A DNA stretch of 64,000 bases from contig NC_134025.1 of assembly GCF_964204645.1 (NCBI RefSeq), positions 21,427,101 through 21,491,100 on the forward strand, in the 5' to 3' direction. The position numbers were made by a program, and so were the translations under genes. Positions within the stretch are counted from its first letter, which is position 1. Every line of letters begins with the position of its first letter. The notes beneath the pieces are model-generated. The model was given only the letters and a program-made list of their open reading frames with translations, was not told the origin of the DNA and did no database searches. This DNA is from Tubulanus polymorphus (taxonomy: Eukaryota > Animalia > Nemertea). Positions 1 to 9,168 of the stretch are shown piece by piece.

Positions 1-120
1 ATCAACCCCGTTTTTTGAATAGGTAATCACAAAGATACATAAGATAAGGCCACAAGATAAAGAGAATATATTAGGTATAACCCATTTGGTAAAAGCATCG
101 ACTACAAAACGGATATACAT

Positions 121-365
121 GTATGTGTGATGTATATATATATGATTTCTATCCTTATACAACGCAGGGGGCAGTGCATCGACCGCCTTAAAATTAATAT
201 GTTGTAAATAGTGTACGTATTCGTTGTTGATAACTTCGTTATATTTCATTAAGAGAAGTTTATATGTTCTGTTGACTGTAAATATTCTATATTCTATAGT
301 CTCCCTTCGTGTACCATAGAAACGGTTGGAGTGTAAATAAAATCCTTATCCTCATCCTTATCCTT
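121..365 (+). mobile_element. Probable 3' end of a non-LTR retrotransposon (AATAAA followed by an (ATCCTT)n tail)
   Basis: T-rich UTR-like tract ends in AATAAA then ATCCTTATCCTCATCCTTATCCTT. Short tandem tails are typical of CR1/L2-type LINE ends. The 5' boundary is approximate. Confidence 0.4.
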
Positions 366-375
366 GGCCGTGCGA

Positions 376-612
376 CTACATTCTTCGTAGATAAACGATA
401 AATGATAAACGAACCTTCAACAACAAGATATCATAATTATGATTGTCATTATCATTATTATTATTCAAACACAAGCTTTAGTCCACCACCTCTAGTTGTT
501 TCCTTAAGAAACCGTTGATGACATTGATTTATTTCTGGCAACTTGAGATGTCGGTGTCATAAATGTCTCTCCAATCATTCTGTTAATTTCGGATCCATCC
601 AAACACTTGGGC
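376..612 (-). pseudogene. Decayed copies of the last two CAP-ShK gene exons (homologous to gene B exons 13 and 14)
   Basis: ~540-612 minus reads PKCLDGSEINRMIGETFMTPTSQV vs gene B PKCLDGSENVRKIGDVFMTPTAQV, but the acceptor is tttcac rather than tttcag. 376-426 shares TACATTCTTCGTAG and GATAAAcGAACCTTcAACAACA with gene B exon 14. Confidence 0.8.
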
Positions 613-898
613 GTGAAAAAAGGATCATCCATGTTAAAAATTCGATTATGTCATTATAACAGATTTGATCAACCATTACTCTAAATTCATATGGTGGGCG
701 TTTGATGGTTGTTTTGTAGCAAAAGGGGGTTGGCGACAATAACCTTGAAATATTTACTTTTTAGATTTTCAGTCAACAACGACGTTTTTGTCAGAGTAAA
801 ATTTCGTACACCCGCTTAAAGACCGTCTTAATTGTTCGTCCTAAGGTTGGCAACAGTTCGAGAATACATTGATAATTGATATTTATATCACTTTGTAG

Positions 899-977
899 TG
901 GTAGTTTAGCTGGAAAGTTAGCGGAACCATACGCAAAGGGACCCCAGGTGGTAAAATGCCCGAAAGAAATATGCTGA
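899..977 (+). pseudogene. Orphan inverted copy of the CAP-gene hinge exon (exon 8 equivalent)
   Basis: After acceptor ttgtag it reads GSLAGKLAEPYAKGPQVVKCPKEIC*, compared with gene B GNSADKKNEPYAKGPRGSKCPKR. Confidence 0.7.
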
Positions 978-1019
978 GAATTAAATTAAATTAAAATTCC
1001 TATGAATCGTATCTAAATT

Positions 1020-1290
1020 TACCAAAACATGTTACAGTTACAACTGCCAGATTCAGATGCTCAAGTCATACTTTTTATGTTGAAACTGGGCGTTGGTCAC
1101 TCCCCCAATTCCATATAATGAGAGACTTTGTCAGTTATGTAACATGAATGTAGTAGAAGACGAATTTCATGTACTTCTAATCTGCCCTTTCTACAGAGAA
1201 GAACGGGGAGATTTATTCCGAGAAACATACGCAGTAATCCTAATACTTCCAAATGTGTAAAATTTTTAAGTAAATTATGTAACATGAACA
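1020..1290 (+). mobile_element. Degenerate LINE ORF2 C-terminal (zinc-knuckle) fragment
   Basis: Reads ARFRCSSHTFYVETGRW, then a frameshift, then IPYNERLCQLCNMNVVEDEFHVLLICPFYREER. This matches the RxSxHxLxxETGR...CxxC...EDExHxLLxCPxY pattern of non-LTR element ORF2 ends. Confidence 0.85.
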
Positions 1291-2289
1291 TCCTCCACCA
1301 GTACTCATATAGAGTTAAGGTCAAACGGGAGTCTCAGACTCAAACATAATCAATAGTTTATGAGATGATTTAACGCACTTGGTTATTGTAGTTCATCGAA
1401 TCAAAAGCTTCGTTGAAGACATCGAATCATAGTACTTTTTAAAATTGTAAATGAAGAATATTAGATTACTTAATTTCACACTGTCCACCAGCTTAGTATA
1501 TATCATTAATTAGATCAAAGCAAAACTATTTTGGTCAACTACTTTTAAGTACTTTTTTTGTGATATATGCATCTATAATTTTTCTGCATGTTTCCATCTG
1601 GCATATTTCTTCTGGAATTTCTTCCTGGTATCATTATCGCGTTCCAAGGCGCCCGTGATATACACTCAACCCTTCACATCAGTCTCGCCCACACTAAGTC
1701 ATACCGTAGACTCGAAAATCACAACAAGCCAGTGAGAAAATTAGGGATTTATGTAGTTGAAAAGTAGAAAGTATCCAAATCATTCTAATCACATACGTCT
1801 GTACCTCTAGTTACTTCTGATGCATTGTCAATTGAATTTCTTTTTAAATTAGAATTAGAATTCTCCAAGACTGCCCAGAGCACAAACACAAAACCACACA
1901 TCGTAGTATCAAAAATGCATACATGTGGAAGTATCTATAAGATACGGAGGCGTCCAACATCATTTAGGTATAATGAAAATTTGATTTCATGTCGAGAGTG
2001 GGGGCTTCGGTCTCCATGAAACAGATTACGTAGAACATGTAGTTCGTCGTCCTATAGTTTATTCATCTGCCTATGCTGCACTAAGTGTTGAGCACTCTGC
2101 GAAGTTGGACATTGATTATTGATCATTACCCAGCTTAAGAATTCAAGTGTAACTAAAACCTTTATGACATGATGTTTATTTTGCAATATAGTTGTCATTG
2201 ACTAAGTTTTTGAAAGGTATACCGGTACATCAAAAATATTATTTATATAGGAGCAATTTTAAATGAGACGTAGATTTTGGTACTTTGAC

Positions 2290-2345
2290 TGTAGCCGCAA
2301 CATTCTAATTAGTCTCCTCAACAGCGATAAACGAACCTTGAACCT
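2290..2345 (-). pseudogene. Second short relic of the CAP-gene terminal exon
   Basis: GTAGCCGCAACATTCTAATTAGTCTCCTCAACAGCGATAAACGAACCTTGAAC aligns with gene B exon 14 GTAGTCGGCAACGTTCTGCTTGGTCTCACCAGGAGCGATAAAGGAACCTTTAAC. Confidence 0.55.
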
Positions 2346-2401
2346 AATAACATAAAATACGGGGACAAATTACACCATCATTCATGGATTGAGTTCGAAC
2401 C

Positions 2402-2522
2402 AGGGCCCGGTTTCATGAAAAAGTTTAAGCCTAAAACGGTTAAGTTTGAATTGTTGTCCTCATTGAAAACACGAAGGCAATTACACAAAAAATTTGAGTT
2501 TAACTTTTTCGTGAAACTGGTG
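2402..2522. mobile_element. MITE, PIF/Harbinger-like ends
   Basis: Inverted ends CCGGTTTCATGAAAAAGTTTAA ... TTAACTTTTTCGTGAAACTGG. Similar GGGCCxGTT-ended elements occur at ~13470-13578 and ~39909-40036. Confidence 0.55.
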
Positions 2523-2838
2523 TTTCCAGGAATTGGAAAAATGGGCCCAATTCTCATATACGGCATTAAAGCGCAAAAAGCAGTTACATTTTGAGTAAAT
2601 CAGGGAATCTAGAAAATGTATTATTGCGCAAGCTGAAATATTGAAACGTCGTAGAAACGTTCCATAAAATGATCTCCGCTATAGATTACTCTGCATGACA
2701 GTTGACAGTAGATACCATACATACAAGTTTGGCGATGACTCCATAGGACAGGGGTGACAGGTTGCGATCTCACGCTAGGTGTTAGCTGTCAACGGTTATT
2801 TTTGCCGTTCACACTGACCAAAGAACGCAGTGTAACTC

Positions 2839-2955
2839 GACACAAGCACTGTAATGCCGTATATTGGACTAGCACCAAATTCTGTTTCATTTTTAGTGAC
2901 ACAAGCACTGTAATGCCGTATATTGGACTAGCACCAAATTCTGTTTCATTTTAGT
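2839..2955. repeat. Tandem duplication of a ~59-bp unit
   Basis: GACACAAGCACTGTAATGCCGTATATTGGACTAGCACCAAATTCTGTTTCATTTT starts at both 2839 and 2898. Confidence 0.9.
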
Positions 2956-3044
2956 ATGATTTATCTTTATGGATTTTTGGTTCTTTATGAATTATTGTTA
3001 GCTATTAGTGTACAACGATGAATAATTATCGATATTACCAGTTG

Positions 3045-5823
3045 TTAGTTGGTAGCATCAGTAGGGACATTGGCACCTCCTTCACGTTGGTTGCTAACAT
3101 CACCAGCTAAGTGATACAAACGTACATATAAATTTTCTCATAATATTTTACACAAGTTTAATTCACAAGATCACCATACCTGGGCACGTATCACACATCA
3201 TCGGACAATATTGCATGGGAACATTTGAATACTTGGCGCAGTAATCTCTTCCCCAATCACCACCTTTCGTCGCACATATCCACTGATCTTTAGCGTCGGA
3301 GCAAACAACTGAAGTAAGACAAAATGAAAAACGCCTGCTCAGATAATTTCTCTTAAACTTAAAAACGCGCGACGCACGCACATCTTTTCTACATGTATAT
3401 TCTTATGAATCAGCTGGCCAGATAAAACCATTCGACGCGGATACGGTATGTTAGACATTGACAAGTAGTGGACTTACAATTTGTCTTTTTCCATTGGGGA
3501 ATTATTGTATATACAGTCAAAGCCCGTTATAATGCCAATGTTGGGACCATTGAAAAACATGGCGTTTTAACGAATTTGGGGTAATAAAGATTGACATTTC
3601 CATTATATTTCAGCGTTGTAATTCTGGCGTTGAATGAGCATTGGCATTAAAAAGTATGGAGTTATAACGGCTTTCGGCAGCACATGTATACGGAAGCTTA
3701 TTTGAGAACCGTACGAAACCGTCTAGACGCTTTTTCATTACGCAATTATGTCGACAAAACGTGATATATCGCGATTTCCCGACATAATAAAGTCGAAATT
3801 TCACGCTATTTTTGCTTGTTTCACTTACGGCCACAATCTGGTTGTCGGAACCAATTTTGCTTGTAACATGTGCATTGACATGTTTTCGGGTCCATCTTAC
3901 CCCCATTGAGACAGATCTTATCTTTACAATCTGCGTTAATAGAAATTTATCGGATTATATATTTTTTCATCATTGAGACAGCGAGGGTTCAACCACGATT
4001 GAACTGAGCAAACCCTGAATCTCTTACCACATAAACCATTTGCATCTTTATTATTGGGACATTTTGAGCCTTGTGCACCTTCTTCGTATGGCTTCGTCGA
4101 GCCTCCCGAATTACCACTAAACATGTGCATAATTAGAACATCAATCAATGACGAACATAAACTTTTTTTGATTATACATAACAGTGATATCAACACTGGA
4201 CACCGTAGATCACTTACGCTGGTCCATAGTTGCATACGTATAAACGACCATTTGGACATTTCGCGTAACCGCAACCAACTCTTGTAGACGTCGCCCAGAC
4301 TACCTATACAGTATGATTATGATATTCGAAATCTGTTCATTTCAATGATGAATTATTGCCAATTTCTACCGTTACATTTCGAGTTCTAACTCTGCGTACC
4401 TGTGTGTAATGACCTACAACGCCCCCTGTGGAACCAACTCCGTATTTGAAATTTTTTTCTTCATTAAACCAGGCGTCAATGACGCCTGTCCAGTCACGGT
4501 GTCCCAAAGCCAAATTCTGGCCAAGTGTCAATCGTCCTAAAATATTGACGGACAAAAAACTGTTGACACACAAACACTTGGCACAAGATAAACACCGAAC
4601 ATACTACCTGCGTTAGTCAGGAAAACTTCCAAAAGGATAATGCAAATCATAATGATTATTTTTTTTCACTTTTCTTTTCTTTGTTTTTCCAACCCTTTTT
4701 ATATTATTTTAATATCTATTACAATCAAAGAAACTGTACCTGGAATATTTCTGTTATTGTTAGGATCGTGCGCAAATTCACACGAGTCAGCAAGTTTTTG
4801 GGCTATCATCGCAGCTTCCTTGTCCCAGTACTACGTCAAAATTTGAAAAAATTGAATATATTGACTTTTTCTTTAATTTGTCTACACGCATGCAAATGAA
4901 ACGTACCAACTTCATCATGTTCGCGGCAGCTGGTTGGCCATATTCCGTCAGATGGCCTCGTAGATAGTTATGTCGGGAGAGTATGACTTGTTCATCGTTT
5001 GCAGAAACGCCTGATGAGTGAAATGATATTCGAAGTTCGAACATAACGAGCCAAGCGCAACGAACTGCTGATAGATTACTACTTACCCCGTTTTGTTAAG
5101 CCCGATGGATTGTCGGGTTTACACGCCGTATGGTTTGCGCTTACGGACGAAAACTTTGTTGCACATGTCGCCTGTATGAATTAATGGAAAACTACCATAC
5201 AATCAGTATATTCTAACAAATCGTCCAAACAAGGTCCAAATGCTATTAGTAAAACCATAAAAAGTTATCTCTTTCATCACAACTTTCATAAAAATAATTA
5301 CACCCAATTGTAACTACTGTAATGTTAAATCAAATACCCTCCACTTATTGTTCAGATGCAGGCACCCAGCCCTTCGTCAAAATATCAATAACCTCACCAC
5401 TAACCTAACTTTACGATTGTTCTTCAGAATTTATGTACCTGTTTATTTATGAAAAAATATTGCCATAACCTATGTTTATAATGTTGTACACATTGTAAGT
5501 GAATAAATCATTATTAACAGAAGAACAACTGTACAACATATAAATATGCAAAAACATGCAATGAAATGATATGAAAATGCTGAATCCAATTTGAAGTTTT
5601 TTATATTTGCAATCGTAAAAAAGACTTACGCTTCGCTTGACCCTTATATTCGCGGTAAAAGCTGAAATTAAAGATTATCAATCCATCAAATGAAATTTAT
5701 CGAAAATGAGCATTCTCGATATTTTCTATGTGATTACTGGCATCTAGACTCTGGTAACTCTGATAACTTACCGCAGGTCGCTAATAATGACAAGAGACAC
5801 AAAGCAATTATAGCAGATCCCAT
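3045..5823 (-). CDS. Secreted CAP/CRISP-family protein with EGF-like and one ShKT domain (paralog A, C-terminally truncated)
   Basis: 11 GT-AG exons: 5823-5772 (MGSAIIALCLLSLLATC, signal), 5661-5630, 5171-5087, 5010-4907 (ILSRHNYLRG..AANMMKL), 4830-4740 (YWDKEAAMIAQKLADSCEFAHD), 4536-4400 (GQNLA..WFNE..GHYTQ), 4303-4218 (VVWATSTRVGCG..YVCNYGP), 4116-4028, 3930-3829 (CLNGGKMDPKTCQCTC), 3308-3180 (ShKT ..CPMMCDTC), 3106-3045 (..ANVPTDATN*). Phases are consistent throughout. Confidence 0.92.
3512..3682. mobile_element. Tc1/mariner(pogo)-type MITE
   Basis: TA-CAGTCAAAGCCCGTTATAA ... TTATAACGGCTTTCGGCAG, degenerate inverted ends. Confidence 0.45.
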
Positions 5824-7392
5824 CGTGCTCTGGGTTCGCTGGTATTACAATAACTCTCGAAACGTGGTTCATCGCATGTTATATAAGCTCGTCAAATCCG
5901 GAAACAATCAAGGTTTTTACTAATAACAGAAATGTGTATTTGCCAAGGCCAATAAACGGCGTCTACATTTCCCAAAGCACATTATTTAGATTCAAAACGT
6001 AACAGAATTCGAAACAGACTCACGCAAGTTAGTCATGCAAGCTGAAACTCTTCTTTTTCCGAGTTGTTTAATTTCATTCTAATAGAAATTACGTTTAATG
6101 ATATTCCGAAGCACAAAGACATAATATCAGACTCTTAAAAAAATGAGTACGTTGATTTTGATGAGGGGATTTGGTGCGGTGTCACGTATGTAGGATCAAT
6201 ATCACAGTTTAATTAATGTTATTGCATAAATTCGCACTGTCCCCGATTCGTGCGAATACATAATTATGTTAATGTAGAGTACATGTTTTCTAAAAATCGG
6301 CGATCAATTCAACGCCGATTTTTAGAAAACCAGTACAGTTCATTATTCGAAAGTTATTATTAACCAACTTTTGAGCAAACTGGTCCCTGCTGGTTTATGA
6401 AGTTTTTAATGTAAAACTATATTTGAACCGGATTATTTCTTTTTTTCTTGGGGATTTAAACCGTTTTTACATTTTGGGGCTCGGACAATACCCTAATATC
6501 CACGATATTACATATCAGAAACCAGTGAAAAAGTTAACAACTTTTTAAAAATGAAGATACTCGTTCAAATTTCATTGGTGTCCTGGTAGCATTAGTTCCT
6601 TCTACATATCTATTTTTATGTATTCAAATCAAAGTTTCCTGGGTGAGTTTTTTTATCGGCAATGTTCACAAACTCATGAAGTATAGCTTAAATTGTTCGA
6701 TATGTCGCAAGTCATCGCTTAGGCATGGATCAGATTTTGATAGAACGACTTAAAGATTTCTTTTATTGTGCCGGTAGATAAGAACACGTCCTCCGGACAC
6801 TATCATTTTTTCAACTTATCTTTTTTGCATTTTACTTCGGGTTAGTTAGTAAAATAATGTTGGTTATTTTTTGAATGATTTTGATCAATTTCTTAATCTT
6901 CTGGGGCCAGTTGTATAGTCATGGCTTATATTCAAGACCAGTATTTAAAAACCAACTTAGTTCTATAGCCAATCTAACAACTTAAGAGTTAGTAACTAAG
7001 AGGAAGTAATCTTCATTCATTTTCATAAGCTCCACTGTGACCAGGGCGTCCAATGTCGTCCAACCATCTGTCCGTCAAATGTTGTTCGTGATTTCCAACT
7101 TGACTTTCAACCTGTGACTGACGTTGAGAATTGTTTAAAAAAACTTTACAGATTTACATGAAATAGACGGTATACTTTATACACGGAAATCTTTGCAAAT
7201 TATAAAAAGTTTCATAAAGATTAGAGCTGCTGGACTAGAAGCAATTTGAAACAAAATCTGGAGGGACGACGGATGAACCAAGTCGGTAATTTAGATTTCG
7301 AAATTTACTTCAGTAAGGGGAAGGCCTAGTTTTATATTGAAAAAGTTACATATATTTTGATAAAAAATGGGTTTGCTATGGTGGCTGATAAG

Positions 7393-7770
7393 TATGGTGG
7401 CTGATAAGGTGGCTGTTAATTTCTACACGACCTCGATTATAGAAAAATGCAAAACGAAACCTATAGAGCAAAAACGAATTTTTTTCGTTTTTGCGCTATA
7501 ATATTTCGTCTTTGCGGGGTAGCAAAAACGAAAGTTCGTTTTTGCTAGGACGCAAAAACGAATTTTATGGCGCAAAAACGAAAAATCATAGAGCAAAAAC
7601 GAATTTTTTCGTTTTTGCTCTATAATATTTCGTTTTTGCGCCCTAGCAAAAACGAAAAGTTCGTTTTTGCGCGGTAGCAAAAACGAAAAGTTCGTTTTTG
7701 CTCTTTAGGTTTCGTTTTGCGTTTTTCTATAATCGAGGTCGTGTAAAAATGGCCCTTATCAGCCACCATA
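7393..7770. mobile_element. Foldback MITE with TATGGTGGCTGATAAGG termini and internal GCAAAAACGAA repeats
   Basis: Long inverted arms (TACACGACCTCGATTATAGAAAAA..GCAAAACGAAACCTA / TAGGTTTCGTTTTGC..TTTTTCTATAATCGAGGTCGTGTA). The left terminus is tandemly duplicated at 7377. Confidence 0.85.
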
Positions 7771-8460
7771 CGAAAGAGCCTGCCGGAGGCCACGGTGGAT
7801 GGAAGTGGGGTGGTTACTTCGGAAAGTGGTCATTAACATATCAAACGAGTTTTTCCATCGGTCGACTGTAAATGCAATCGGCAACTCGTCTTAGTTTCAT
7901 CATTCTTCCTTTCTTCGAACAGTTCTTTTAAGGCAAAGATCCACAGGTTTTAAGCGATGGTCGATGGAAAACACCAGGGATAGATATGGAAATATAAGAA
8001 AGAATGTTTCTTCTTCCCTGAGTTACAAACTCGAAGTTGAATGTAAAACTTTAAGAAAAATCAATCAAAAAATTCTGCTCTGAATTGCTAACTAAAAAAG
8101 ATTAATAATATACCAAGGACGCCTTCGTAGGTCGATATTATTATGATTGATGCGCGTGGATAATAGAATTGCGTCACTTAATCACGCACGGCAATGAATA
8201 TACGGTTTACCGTCAGTTTCGTTTGTCTGGTTTAATAATAATCTTCGTTAATCGCATTCATAGCAAACACTGTAAACAACTAAAATGCAGATGCACAATT
8301 GTCGTATTTGCCGACGTGCCCACTCGTATATTTGCGCTTTCGCGGACTAATTTGGATTCGGTGCTGATTGGATTCGGAAATAAGTGCAGGAGTTCTCGTT
8401 CTCATTGTCTCCTCTCCCTTTCCTCTGACTCGGCCCCCTCTATGAATGCATTCATTTACA

Positions 8461-8637
8461 CATCCTCCCCCGGCAGGGATTTGAATATGATGGCATCGAG
8501 AATGGCCACGGTACGAAACTCTGCCACACTAGACCCAGTGCGCAGCTACATGCGCACCCGGTCTAGTGTGACAAGGGTTCGTGCCATGGCAGAGTGTGGC
8601 GATGCCATCAGGTTCGAATCCCTGCCGTGGGAGGATG
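8461..8637. repeat. Inverted pair of tRNA-like (SINE-head) sequences forming a ~175-bp imperfect hairpin
   Basis: CATCCTCCCCCGGCAGGGATTTGAA..ATGGCATCG..CACACTAGACC..GTGCGCA / TGCGCAC..GGTCTAGTGTG..CGATGCCATCAGGTTCGAATCCCTGCCGTGGGAGGATG. The right arm has a perfect B-box (GGTTCGAATCC). Confidence 0.7.
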
Positions 8638-8847
8638 CCATTTACAATGCTATGGCACCAGGTCTTGCTGAGAGTCAGTCAATCTGACCATTCGTCGTAT
8701 ATCCAGCGAAAAATTAGAATGTTGTTTTGCGATTATTAAGGTAATAGCAAAGAAACATATGATGCAAGATTAATTGACTGTATTTTTGGTTAAAGATATA
8801 TAAGAATATTATAGAGTGACCGCGCTCTGCTATCTTGCACTATATAA

Positions 8848-9130
8848 TATGGTGGCTGATTAGGGCCAAGCAAAAAAAAAAATTCCTTGCAATATACCAT
8901 GCAAAAAATATATTGCTTCGTTTCTTCGTTCAAAAAATCGAAATTCGAAATTTACCGCGCTAAAACGCGCCAAAACGAGTGCAGAAACAAAACTTCGTTT
9001 TAGCGCCCGTTTTGGCGCGTTTTAGCGCGGTGATTTCTCGTTTTTGCGCCTCGCAACGAAGCAATATATTTTTTGCGCGGCATATTGCACGGAATTTTTT
9101 TTTCAAACTTGGCCCGAATCAGCCACCATA
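8848..9130. mobile_element. Foldback MITE with the same TATGGTGGCTGAT termini as 7393-7770
   Basis: TATGGTGGCTGATTAGGGCCAAG ... CTTGGCCCGAATCAGCCACCATA, with internal inverted arms. Confidence 0.85.
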
Positions 9131-9168
9131 ACTATGTTTCAATAGATCGGGACGTTATGTATGACACA

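Noticed and set aside
8461-8637. Functional tRNA gene
   Set aside because: A B-box is present, but no convincing cloverleaf or anticodon arm could be built and there is no terminator; better read as SINE-derived.
8169-8687. 172-aa ORF on the plus strand
   Set aside because: TTG start, no recognisable domain, and it runs through the tRNA-like palindrome; a chance open frame.
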